A stretch of 64,000 nt of DNA from Pseudomonadota bacterium (GTDB taxonomy: Bacteria; Pseudomonadota; Gammaproteobacteria; Steroidobacterales; Steroidobacteraceae): positions 9,850 to 73,849 of the forward strand of contig JANYAE010000128.1 in assembly GCA_025355105.1 (NCBI GenBank). The letters are read 5' to 3'. Made by a program: the position numbers and the translations under genes. This document shows, piece by piece, positions 31,182 through 40,004 of this stretch (positions are counted from its first letter, which is position 1; every line of letters starts with the position of its first letter). The notes under the pieces were generated by a model. It was not told the DNA's origin and did not search any database. It saw only the letters and a program-made list of their open reading frames with translations.

Positions 31182-33941
31182 ATGATGTCACGTCATTTCA
31201 CACTGAGAATCTGCGGCCTCGTCGCCGGCGTCGCGATCGGCGCCGCCGCCGTCCCGGCGCTCGCGCAAACGACGCTGATCGGCAGCTCGACGATCACCTC
31301 GAGCACCGACCAGAACGCGGCCGGACAGGCTGAGGCCTTCACGGCGGTGGCAGCGGCGACCGGCAGCGTCAGCACGATCAGCGTCTACATCGCCGCGGGC
31401 TCCGCCGCGAACCGGATCGTCGTCGGGCTGTACGCGGGAACGGCCACCGCGCCAACGACGCTGCTCGGCCAGGGGTCGCTGTCGGCGCCGGTGGCCGGTC
31501 AGTGGAACACGGTGCCGCTGACGACACCCGCGGCGGTGACCTCGGGAACGAGCTACTGGATCGCGCTGCTCAGCCCGGCGGCTGCGGGGGCGGTCGTGTT
31601 CCGCGACAAGTCCGGCGGCACGCGGTCCGTGACGAGTTCATCGAAGAGCCTGACGACTCTGCCAACCGCCTGGACCAGCGGCACGGCGTACACGGACAGC
31701 CCGCTTGCCGCGTACGGCGCAACGGCTGCGTCGCCGAATCCGATTCTCAGCGTCGCTCCGACGACGATCGCGTTTTCCGCACTTGCCGGCGGCAGCAATC
31801 CGCCACCGGCCGCGCTGCAGGTCACCAACGCCGGCTCCGGTAGTCTCAGCTTCACCGCCTCGAGCGATTCGTCGTGGCTGGCGGTCAGCCCGGCGTCGGG
31901 CACGGCGCCGGCCTCGCTGCAGGTGGCCGCGACTTCCACCGGGCTGGTCGTCGGCAGCTACGCCGGCAACGTGACGGTGACGTCCAGCGGCGTGCAGGGT
32001 TCGCCGAAGACGATCGCCGTGAACCTGTCGGTCAACTCGGCCGCCGGTACGTCTGCCGACTGGCTGACCGGCTTCCACGACCCGGAGCGCAGCAACAACG
32101 CCTCCGCCGAGACGACCATCACGACCGCGACGGCCAAGAACCTCGCGCCGCTGTGGGCGACCACTCTCGACGGCAAAATCACCTCGCAGCCGCTGTACGC
32201 CGGCAGCCTCACGGTCGCCGGCGGGACGCACAACGTCGTGTTTGCGGCGACCGACGCGAACAGCCTGTTCGCGGTCGACGCGGACCTCGGCAGCGTGCTT
32301 TGGCAGCGCAATTTCGGCGCGCAAGCCAACAACATCTCGATTCCCGGAGGCTTCGGCATCATCGGGCCGCCGGTCATCGACCGCGCGAACGGCCGGCTGT
32401 TCCTTGTATCCGACGACGGCCTGCTACATACCGTGGCGCTTGCCACCGGTACCGACCTCGCAGCCGCGCTCAGCGTGATCGCCCAGCCTTTGACCAACAA
32501 AGTCTGGGGTGCGCTCAACAAGCTCGGCAACAATCTCTACATCGCGACCGGTAGCGACTGCTGCGACACGCAGCCCTGGTCCGGGCAGGTCATCCGCGTC
32601 GACGTCTCCGGCGCGGCCCCGGTGCTCGGCAACCTCGTCTACGCGGTGACTGGCCTGACGGGCAACGACCGCGGTGGCGGCATCTGGGGCTACGGCGGCG
32701 TGTCGATCGACTCCGCAACCGGCCAGGTGCTCGCGGCGTCCGGCTCCGACGTCAATAGTGGCTACACGCCGAACGCCAACCGCGTCATCGCCTACGATTC
32801 GACCCTGAACGTGCTCGGTACCTTCGTACCGTCGCATCCGACCAGCTACCTGTGCCAGAGCGCACCGTGTGACGTTGACTTCGGCGCGACACCGACCGTG
32901 TTCCAGCCCTCCGGCTGCCCGACGATGGCCGCGGTGGGCAACAAGAACGGCTTCCTGTACGTGCTGCGGACCGCCGACTTGGCCGCGAGCCTGCCGGCAC
33001 AGCAGGCCATCCAGCTCAACGTCGCGAGCGACTCGCTCGGCAACGGTGGCATCGGTGGCAACCCGGCCTATTGGTCCGGCGGTCGCATGCTGTTCGTCGG
33101 CGATACCGGGCCGGGCTTCGGCGGCGTCGCCGCTGGTGTGGTCGGCCTGACGATCGGCGCGGCGCCAGCCTGCACCGTCGCGCCCGCCTGGAGCGTGACG
33201 CTCGGCGGCGCCAACTCGCCGAACAGCGTTCCGCTGGTGGCCAACGGCGTCGTCTTCATCGGCGAGGGCGACAACGGCCGCGTCCACGCCTACGACGGCG
33301 CGAGCGGCGCGGAGCTCTGGAACAGTGGCTCGACCGTCGGGGTCGCAACCTTCGCCTCGCCGATGGTGGCGGCCGGCAAGCTGTTCGTCGGCTCGTGGGA
33401 CGGCTTTGCGTCGAGCAGCGCGGGCACGCTGCGCGCGTTCGCGCCGTCAGTCGCCACCGGTTGCTCCTCCGGCGTGCCGTCGGTGCAGCTGCTCGGCGAC
33501 TCGACGATCGGCGCTAACGACGACTCGAACTCGCTCGGCGCTCCGGAGGCCTTTCAGGTCACGGCGACCAACTGCGGCAACATCGGCTCGATCTCGCTGT
33601 ACGTCGCTCCGAACTCCACCGCCGGCACGATCGTCGTCGGGCTGTACACCGATTCCGCCGGCCATCCGGGCGCGCTGCTCGCGCAGGGCTCGGTCTCGGC
33701 CGCGGCGCTCGGGGCGTGGAACACGATCACCATCCCGAAGGTCGCGGTGACGACCAACACGCCGTACTGGATCGCGGTCCTCGGGACGCAGAGCGGCACC
33801 GTCCATTTCCGCGATCGCCAGGGCGGCTGCTCGAGCGAGGCCAGCGCGGTCAACGGTTTGACGGCCCTGCCGGCAACCTGGACGAGCGGGACGCGCTATC
33901 CGGACTGCCCGTTGTCCGCCTACGGTTCCTCGGTGCCCTAA
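31182..33941 (+). CDS. Secreted protein with a PQQ/BamB-like beta-propeller core, flanked by two homologous ~150-aa beta-sandwich (DUF4082-like) domains, plus an Ig/BACON-like domain
   Basis: SD AAGGGGA lies 9 nt before ATG 31182. The signal peptide is MMSRHFTLRICGLVAGVAIGAAAVPALA/Q. The N-domain (31269-31718) and C-domain (33483-33938) align along their whole length (e.g. ISVYIAAGS..IVVGLYAG...LLGQGS...GQWNTV...SYWIALL...FRDKSGG...LPTAWTSGT.Y.D.PLAAYG vs ISLYVAPNS..IVVGLYTD...LLAQGS...GAWNTI...PYWIAVL...FRDRQGG...LPATWTSGTRYPDCPLSAYG). The propeller-type segment has NVVFAATDANSLFAVDADLGSVLWQ, LFLVSDDGLLHTVALATG and NGFLYVL. Confidence 0.8.
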   Translation: MMSRHFTLRICGLVAGVAIGAAAVPALAQTTLIGSSTITSSTDQNAAGQAEAFTAVAAATGSVSTISVYIAAGSAANRIVVGLYAGTATAPTTLLGQGSLSAPVAGQWNTVPLTTPAAVTSGTSYWIALLSPAAAGAVVFRDKSGGTRSVTSSSKSLTTLPTAWTSGTAYTDSPLAAYGATAASPNPILSVAPTTIAFSALAGGSNPPPAALQVTNAGSGSLSFTASSDSSWLAVSPASGTAPASLQVAATSTGLVVGSYAGNVTVTSSGVQGSPKTIAVNLSVNSAAGTSADWLTGFHDPERSNNASAETTITTATAKNLAPLWATTLDGKITSQPLYAGSLTVAGGTHNVVFAATDANSLFAVDADLGSVLWQRNFGAQANNISIPGGFGIIGPPVIDRANGRLFLVSDDGLLHTVALATGTDLAAALSVIAQPLTNKVWGALNKLGNNLYIATGSDCCDTQPWSGQVIRVDVSGAAPVLGNLVYAVTGLTGNDRGGGIWGYGGVSIDSATGQVLAASGSDVNSGYTPNANRVIAYDSTLNVLGTFVPSHPTSYLCQSAPCDVDFGATPTVFQPSGCPTMAAVGNKNGFLYVLRTADLAASLPAQQAIQLNVASDSLGNGGIGGNPAYWSGGRMLFVGDTGPGFGGVAAGVVGLTIGAAPACTVAPAWSVTLGGANSPNSVPLVANGVVFIGEGDNGRVHAYDGASGAELWNSGSTVGVATFASPMVAAGKLFVGSWDGFASSSAGTLRAFAPSVATGCSSGVPSVQLLGDSTIGANDDSNSLGAPEAFQVTATNCGNIGSISLYVAPNSTAGTIVVGLYTDSAGHPGALLAQGSVSAAALGAWNTITIPKVAVTTNTPYWIAVLGTQSGTVHFRDRQGGCSSEASAVNGLTALPATWTSGTRYPDCPLSAYGSSVP

Positions 33942-33948
33942 ACGTCCC

Positions 33949-33983
33949 GGACGACGCCCGCCATTCGTCGGCGCGCGTCGTCC
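33949..33983 (+). terminator. GC-rich stem-loop just after the 919-aa gene (weak terminator candidate)
   Basis: GGACGACGC (33949-33957) pairs with GCGTCGTCC (33975-33983) across a 17-nt loop. There is no U-tract. Confidence 0.25.
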
Positions 33984-34176
33984 ACCGGGCCAAGGCGCGC
34001 CCACGCCGGCGACCGCGAGCCGCCGACTGCGTCGCAAGCCGAGCAGTTGGCCGCGGCGTCTTCGTTGCCAGCCAGTAAACTGGCGTCGGTGAGTGGCTCC
34101 CGAAGCCGCGCCGTGCCGGCGGCCGTGCCGGGCGGCCGTCCAGACACCTGATTTGCGCGTCCGTGGAGAGGATTCG

Positions 34177-35166
34177 ATGCTGTCACCGCCGGCCGGCACC
34201 GCTGCACAGACGAGCCAGGCTCCGCCGTCAGGCCGCCCGATTCCGACCAGCGCCTGTGTCATCCTCTGCACCCGCAATCGGGCCGCCCAGCTCGGTCAGG
34301 CGCTGCATTCGCTGGCAGCGATGGCCGTCGACGCCAGCATCCAGTGGGAAGTGCTGGTGGTCGACAACGGCTCGAGCGACGACACGCGCGGGACGGTGCG
34401 ACGCTTCGAACAGGCCTATGGCGCACGCTTTCGCTATACCTTCGAGCCGACGCCGGGCAAGACTTTCGCGCTGAATCGGGGCCTTCGGGAAGCGAGCGGC
34501 GAGGTCTTTGCGTTCACCGACGACGACGCGATCGTCGCGCCCGACTGGCTGGCCGCCATGCTGAGCTGCATCGGCCGGCACGGCGCGGACGGGGTCGGCG
34601 GCCGGGTCGTGCCGCTCTGGGAAGCACCGCGCCCGCACTGGCTCGCCGACCGGCACTTGAACGTGCTCGCTCTGCTCGACTGCGGCGAGCGGGAATTCCG
34701 CCTCAGTTGGCGCGCTCCGCCCTACATGCTGTACGGCGTGAACTTCGCCTTTCGACGCGATGTGTTCGCGCGCTTCGGTGCTTTCGACACGACGCTCGGT
34801 TCGCGCGGCGAGGATCAGGAACTGTTTGACCGACTGGCCGCGAACGACGCCAGCGTCTACTACGATCCGACGGTCGTCGTGCAGCACGTCATTCCGGGTG
34901 CGCGACTCACCAAGCGCTACTACCGCGACTGGTACCGTGCGACCGGACAGACGCGCGGATCGCTCGAGCAGCCGCGCGGCCGCCACATCGCCGGCATCCC
35001 GCTCTTCACCCTCGCGAACGGTGCCGCGGCGTTGATGCGATTCGTGCGCGCCGCGCTCACGCTCGACCGGGCTGGCCTGTTCGAGAATTCGCTCTGGTTG
35101 CGCTACTACCGGGCGTTCTATGTGGCCCGCCTGCGCGCGCACCTCAGGCGGGGCGCCGCGCGTTGA
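34177..35166 (+). CDS. Family-2 glycosyltransferase
   Basis: GGAGAGG lies upstream of ATG 34177; the ORF is open from 34093. Motifs are ACVILCTRNRAAQLGQALHSL, VLVVDNGSSDDT and FTDDDAIV (DxD). Confidence 0.8.
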   Translation: MLSPPAGTAAQTSQAPPSGRPIPTSACVILCTRNRAAQLGQALHSLAAMAVDASIQWEVLVVDNGSSDDTRGTVRRFEQAYGARFRYTFEPTPGKTFALNRGLREASGEVFAFTDDDAIVAPDWLAAMLSCIGRHGADGVGGRVVPLWEAPRPHWLADRHLNVLALLDCGEREFRLSWRAPPYMLYGVNFAFRRDVFARFGAFDTTLGSRGEDQELFDRLAANDASVYYDPTVVVQHVIPGARLTKRYYRDWYRATGQTRGSLEQPRGRHIAGIPLFTLANGAAALMRFVRAALTLDRAGLFENSLWLRYYRAFYVARLRAHLRRGAAR

Positions 35167-35187
35167 GCTGACGCGTCGGCCGTCAGC
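35167..35187. terminator. Hairpin between convergent gene ends (candidate bidirectional terminator)
   Basis: GCTGACG-cgtcggc-CGTCAGC sits immediately after the stop of 34177-35166, in the 121-nt gap before the convergent flippase gene end. Confidence 0.3.
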
Positions 35188-35287
35188 CTTGCGCTGCCGC
35201 CGAAGCGCGTCGCGGCCCTCCGGCCCGGCGCACGCTGCGGCGCGCGGGTCCCGGCGAGACGTACCGGGCCGGTCGACGGGCCCCGGC

Positions 35288-36811
35288 TCAGGCCTTGTGG
35301 CCGACGAGCCGTCCCGCCGCCGTCGCGAGGGCCGCCCGCTGCGGCCGGTCCAGGCACAGCCTGGCGGCGACGATGCAATAGACGACCAGCGCCGCGGCAA
35401 CCTCGGCAATCAGCGTCAGCCAGGAGACCGGAGGGAGCGCGGCCTTGGCCGCGACGATCAGCGCCGCCGCGGGCACGATGCTCGCGAACGCCGGCAGAAA
35501 CGCCTGTCGCAGGTAGTGGCCGATCGAGATCCCGGCGAAGCGCGTCACCAGCAGCGGTACGAACAGCATCGAGGCCAGGACCTCCGGCACCGCGGTGCCC
35601 CAGGCTGCGCCGAGGATGCCGTAGGAGGGCAGCAGCGCGACCGATATCGCGACCTTTAGCGCAGCCTCGCCGAGCAGCACGAACGCCAGGTAGCGATGGC
35701 GATTGAGCCCGTACAGCACGGCGCCGGCCGGGAACTGTGCCATCGCGACGGTCTGCGACAACGTGAGGATGATCAGCACCGTGCCGCTTTCGGTGGCAAA
35801 TCGTGGCCCCATCCACAGCGTCAGGAACTCGCGTCCGAGCAGCGTGAACAACGCGGCGGCCGGCAGGATCACGGCCAGCGCGTAGCGCGTGCCGAAGGTC
35901 AGCAGATTGCGCAGCCGGTCACCTTCGCTGCTCGCTTCGAGGCTGCTGGCGGCCGGGCTGAAGACGTTGCCGAAGCCGTAAGCCAGCTGTCGCAGGTAGC
36001 GGACCAGGTTATTGGCGACCGCGAAGCGGGTGATGGCCAGCGTCGGCAGGAACAGGCCGATCAGGATGGAGTCGCTGTCGTAAAGGACCCGGGTGCCGAG
36101 CGCAATGACTGCGCTCCACAGCCCGTAGCCGTAGATCTTGCCGAGGATCGTCGGGTTCACCGCGCGACGGTCGAGCGAAAGCCACGGCAGACCGCGGTGG
36201 CACGCGACCGCCATGGTCACCATCATCAGTAGTTCCGAGGCGAGGCCGACGGCCGCGAGCGCCAGCAGTTTCTGGCTGTTCAGCAGCATGATCACGGTGA
36301 GCGCCGTGCGCAACAGGCTGAAGCCGATCGAGATGGCGTTCGCCACCTCGTAGCGCTGCAGCCCGGTCACGAAGCCCTCGAATACGCCACCCGGGAACTT
36401 GAGCGCGAGATTCAAGCCGACGATCAGCAGCACGAACCGCGCCTCGCTGGAGATCTCCGCCGGGATCGTGAACAGCTGCGGCAGGAACACGGCCGTCACA
36501 GCGACCAGGGCGAGAACCAGCAGGCCGATCGCCGAGTAGAGCGCCAGCGTCGTCGAAAACAGGCTACGCAAGCGCTCGCGGTCGTCGGCGGCGTGGTACT
36601 GCGAGACGTACTTGACGATGGAGGAGCGGACGCCGAAGTCGAGCAGGTTGCCGTAACCGACCAGCGAGACCACCAGCGTCCAGATCCCGTACAGGCTGTC
36701 GCCGAGGCGATGCACCATGAACGGCAGCATGAAGAAGCCGATCGCAATGCTGACCGCGAGGTTGGCCCAATTGGAGAAGATGTTCCTGGCGATGACCCGC
36801 GCGGTGCTCAT
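35288..36811 (-). CDS. Wzx-type oligosaccharide/polysaccharide flippase (MOP superfamily)
   Basis: 507-aa ORF with about 12-14 TM helices. The N-terminus is typical: IARNIFSNWANLAVSIAIGFFMLPFMVHRLGDSLYGIWTLVVSLVGY. Its ATG overlaps the upstream TGA (ATGA at 36808-36811). Confidence 0.8.
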   Translation of the reverse strand: MSTARVIARNIFSNWANLAVSIAIGFFMLPFMVHRLGDSLYGIWTLVVSLVGYGNLLDFGVRSSIVKYVSQYHAADDRERLRSLFSTTLALYSAIGLLVLALVAVTAVFLPQLFTIPAEISSEARFVLLIVGLNLALKFPGGVFEGFVTGLQRYEVANAISIGFSLLRTALTVIMLLNSQKLLALAAVGLASELLMMVTMAVACHRGLPWLSLDRRAVNPTILGKIYGYGLWSAVIALGTRVLYDSDSILIGLFLPTLAITRFAVANNLVRYLRQLAYGFGNVFSPAASSLEASSEGDRLRNLLTFGTRYALAVILPAAALFTLLGREFLTLWMGPRFATESGTVLIILTLSQTVAMAQFPAGAVLYGLNRHRYLAFVLLGEAALKVAISVALLPSYGILGAAWGTAVPEVLASMLFVPLLVTRFAGISIGHYLRQAFLPAFASIVPAAALIVAAKAALPPVSWLTLIAEVAAALVVYCIVAARLCLDRPQRAALATAAGRLVGHKA

Positions 36812-38436
36812 GGCCGCTGCGGCCCGATCGCAGCGCCGGGCGCCGGCGGCGCGGCAGGCAAGTCCGCGGCGGGCAGCACGAAGTCCGCTCGCAGGCCGAG
36901 CAGTCGGGCGCGCGAGGCCATGAAGCGCTCGTCCCGCAGCACCTCGCAGCAGCTCGCGACGAATTGCTCGAGAATCTCGGCGTGCGGATCGATGCCGCGC
37001 AGCGGCGTCACGACGCCGGTGACGATCCAGAAGTGGCGCGACGCACCGATGGCCCGATGCAATGGACGCGCGACATCCGGCTCGCCGTGCAGGACCTGTT
37101 CGGTCGGGTCGTAGCGCCTGCGGTCAGTGGGCCCCGGGATCGGCACCAGCCGGTTGAGGCCCGCGTAGTGATGGCCGAAGTCGAGCACGAACTCTGCCTT
37201 GAACACCAGAATCGGCTCGGCCGCGTGCTCGTTCTGTTCGATGTAGTGCGCGACCCGGATCCAGTCGCCCTGCTTGGCAAGCGGGCGGTAGTACTCGCGG
37301 AGGTAGGCTGTCGAGAACGCGAGGCTCAGCACCGCGACGATGACCGCGGTGCGAGCGCCACCGGCGTAACTCGCGAGCGCCAGCGCCGAGATCAGCACGG
37401 GCACGTAGAGGGCGACGGTGTGCTGGGCGCGCAGGAAGTCAGGTCCCAGGCCGAAGGCGATGACGATGAAGAACAAGCTGACGACGCTCGCGAGCAGCAG
37501 CGCCACGATCAGCTCGCGACGAGGCATCCGCCGCTGAAATACGGCCGCCACGAGTGCGGCGGGCAGCGCGAGACGCGAGATCCAGGTTCGCGCCAGCGCC
37601 AGCGCCGGGTTCCGGTCCAGCGGCAGGACCTGCTGCCAGAATGTCGCGCGGACAAGACGCACCGCCTCGAGCAGCGAGTGCTTGGCGGTGACGCCGATCG
37701 TGCCGACGGTCCGCATTTGCTGCAGAGTGGCCAATGCCTGGGGTGCGAAGGCGGCGGCGGTCAGGGCCATCGCCAGCAGGTAGCGGCGCAACGCCTGGCG
37801 GCGCCACAACGCCAGCAGCACGGCGGCCTCGGCCACCAACTGGAAGCCGAGGAAGTAGTAGGTGTAGAGCGCGGCGATCGCCAGCAGCGCGTGCCAGCGC
37901 CGGGCCGCTGCGGAGGACTGCTCGGCAAGGTAGCCGTCGTAGAACTTCAGCAGCAGCAGCGCCGAGAGCAGCAGCGCGAGCGCGTAGTAGCGCGCCTCGA
38001 CCGCGACGTAGACGGTCAGCGGGTTGCAGGCGATGACCGCAGCGACCAGCACCGGCGGCAAACGCGCCAGATAGCGGCGGGCGAGGCCCGCGGTCACGAC
38101 GATCGCCGCGGCGGTGCAGGCGACGGAGAACAGCCGGGCGAAGAACGCGGAATCGTTCAGCGCGCGCCAGACCGTCAGCAGCACGTAGTAGAGCGGTGGC
38201 TGCAGTTCGAAGCCCAGCGATCGAGCGATCGCGTGCCCGATGCCCTGGTCGGTGGTCTCGAGCGTATAGGCCTCGTCCACCCAGATGTTGAGGAGCGCCG
38301 CGAGCGGCAGCACGAGCGCCAGATGCAGCGCGACCACCAGCAGCAGGCCGAGGCGCTCGCGGCGGCCAGGCGCCGCCGGGCTCGCGGTGCCGACCTGCGC
38401 TGCCGCCAGATGATCGCTGCCGGACGGCAACGTCAT
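36808..38436 (-). CDS. GT-C fold glycosyltransferase (ArnT / PMT_2 / GT39-83-like; polyprenyl-phosphate-sugar dependent)
   Basis: 542-aa ORF with about 10-11 TM helices. The first periplasmic loop carries the acidic motif IWVDEAYTLETT that is typical of ArnT/PMT-type enzymes. A ~170-aa soluble C-terminal domain follows. Confidence 0.7.
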   Translation of the reverse strand: MTLPSGSDHLAAAQVGTASPAAPGRRERLGLLLVVALHLALVLPLAALLNIWVDEAYTLETTDQGIGHAIARSLGFELQPPLYYVLLTVWRALNDSAFFARLFSVACTAAAIVVTAGLARRYLARLPPVLVAAVIACNPLTVYVAVEARYYALALLLSALLLLKFYDGYLAEQSSAAARRWHALLAIAALYTYYFLGFQLVAEAAVLLALWRRQALRRYLLAMALTAAAFAPQALATLQQMRTVGTIGVTAKHSLLEAVRLVRATFWQQVLPLDRNPALALARTWISRLALPAALVAAVFQRRMPRRELIVALLLASVVSLFFIVIAFGLGPDFLRAQHTVALYVPVLISALALASYAGGARTAVIVAVLSLAFSTAYLREYYRPLAKQGDWIRVAHYIEQNEHAAEPILVFKAEFVLDFGHHYAGLNRLVPIPGPTDRRRYDPTEQVLHGEPDVARPLHRAIGASRHFWIVTGVVTPLRGIDPHAEILEQFVASCCEVLRDERFMASRARLLGLRADFVLPAADLPAAPPAPGAAIGPQRP

Positions 38437-38570
38437 CGCCGTCGCTCGTGGGGCGCCACGGGTTGCATCGATCTGCTCCAGCGTCTGCTAGCGGACCGGA
38501 GCGCAGCGACGGGCGCTGCGGCCGTCGCGCGACGCGTGCGCAGGCGACCGATCGGCTCGCGGCGCCGGCC

Positions 38571-38945
38571 TCACGAGCGGGCCACGAGCACGGCGCCCAC
38601 CGCGATCAGCAGCGTACCGACGATGCGATACAGGCCGACCGCCTCGTGCAGCACGAACACGCCGAGCAGCATCGTCATGATGAAGCCGAGCGCGACGAAC
38701 GGGTAGACGAGACTCAATTCGGCCTTCGACAGCACGAACAGCCACAGGCCGGCGCCGAGCATATAGGCGATCAAGCCGCCCATTACGAGCGGATTCAGCA
38801 GCGTCGTCAGCGCGACATTGACGAGGCCGCCCTTGCTCAGGCTCGCCTGCACGGCGCCGCTCGACATGCCCAGCTTCATCACCAGTTGCGCGACGGCGGA
38901 AATCGTCACGCAGGTGACGACCATCAGGAAGACCGGGAGTGTCAT
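38571..38945 (-). CDS. Small 4-TM EamA/SMR-like membrane protein (ArnE/ArnF- or GtrA-role candidate flippase for a polyprenyl-P-sugar)
   Basis: 124-aa hydrophobic ORF (MTLPVFLMVVTCVTISAVAQLVMKLGMS...) with GAGGA upstream. It lies between the sugar-nucleotide genes and the GT-C gene. Confidence 0.6.
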   Translation of the reverse strand: MTLPVFLMVVTCVTISAVAQLVMKLGMSSGAVQASLSKGGLVNVALTTLLNPLVMGGLIAYMLGAGLWLFVLSKAELSLVYPFVALGFIMTMLLGVFVLHEAVGLYRIVGTLLIAVGAVLVARS

Positions 38946-38973
38946 AGATCCTCGGGGGGTTCGGAGAGGGGCT

Positions 38974-39981
38974 CTAGGCGAGCGGTACCGGCACGCCGTT
39001 CTGCTTCAGCGACTTCTGCGCCGCCTCCAGCACCCTGATCACCCGCAGGCCGTCGCGGCCATCGCTGGTTGGGGTCTTGCGGTCGCGAACGCATTCCAGG
39101 AAGTGGGTGCACTCCAGCTGCAGCGGCTCGCCGATCTTGAGGTGCGGGATCGTGATGTCGCCGAAGCGCAGCGTCACGTACTCCGCGAAACTGCTGTAGT
39201 CGGGGTTGGTCGAAGCGCCCTTGTCGTAGATGCGCAGCTTCTCGGTGCCTTCGACGTCGTCGAACACGGCCATCTTCTGGCTGCCGACGATCGTCATCTT
39301 GCGGATCTTGTGCGGGTCGAGCCAGCTGACATGCACGTGGGCCATGCGCTTGTCACCGAAGTTGAGCGTCAGGAACACCACGTCCTCGATTCCGGGCTGC
39401 AGGTAGCACTGGCCGCGCGCCGACACGTCGGTTGGCTCGCCGCCGAGCAAGTAGAGAATCGACGAGATGTCGTGCGGCGCGAAGTTCCAGAGTGCGTTCT
39501 CGTCGCCGCGTACGGTGCCGAGGTTCACCCGCTGGTTGTAAATGTAGTAGATGTCGCCGAGCTCTTTCGATTCGATCATCTGCTTGAGGCGATTGACGAC
39601 CGGATGGTACTCGAGCAGGTGGCCGACCATCAGAATCCGCGCGCGCTCGTCGGCCAGCCGGATCAGGTCCTCCGCCTCAGCCGTCGACAGCGTGAACGGC
39701 TTTTCGACGTAGACATCCTTGCCGGCGAGCAACGCCGCCTTGCACAGCGGATAGTGCGACGGCGCGGTGGTCGCGATCACGATGGCGTGCAGCGCCGCGT
39801 CCTCGAGCATGTCCTCAAAGCGCGTCGTCATCGTCGCGCCGGGCAGCGCCGGCTGCATCTGGCGCAGCTTCTTCTCGTCGAGGTCGCAGACCGTCTTCAG
39901 GTGACAGCGCGGATTCTGGTGGTAATTGCGCGCCAGGTTCTTACCCCAGCCGCCGATTCCGACCAAGCCAACTTCGATCAT
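38974..39981 (-). CDS. Gfo/Idh/MocA-family NAD-dependent sugar-nucleotide oxidoreductase (WlbA/WbpB/GnnA-like 3-dehydrogenase candidate)
   Basis: The true start is MIEVGLVGIGGWGKNLARNY (Rossmann GxGxxG) at ATG 39981. The ORF-track extension to 40275 is Arg-rich junk that overlaps the upstream gene. Confidence 0.75.
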   Translation of the reverse strand: MIEVGLVGIGGWGKNLARNYHQNPRCHLKTVCDLDEKKLRQMQPALPGATMTTRFEDMLEDAALHAIVIATTAPSHYPLCKAALLAGKDVYVEKPFTLSTAEAEDLIRLADERARILMVGHLLEYHPVVNRLKQMIESKELGDIYYIYNQRVNLGTVRGDENALWNFAPHDISSILYLLGGEPTDVSARGQCYLQPGIEDVVFLTLNFGDKRMAHVHVSWLDPHKIRKMTIVGSQKMAVFDDVEGTEKLRIYDKGASTNPDYSSFAEYVTLRFGDITIPHLKIGEPLQLECTHFLECVRDRKTPTSDGRDGLRVIRVLEAAQKSLKQNGVPVPLA

Positions 39982-40004
39982 GACTGGACTCCTGCAGATT
40001 CTGG

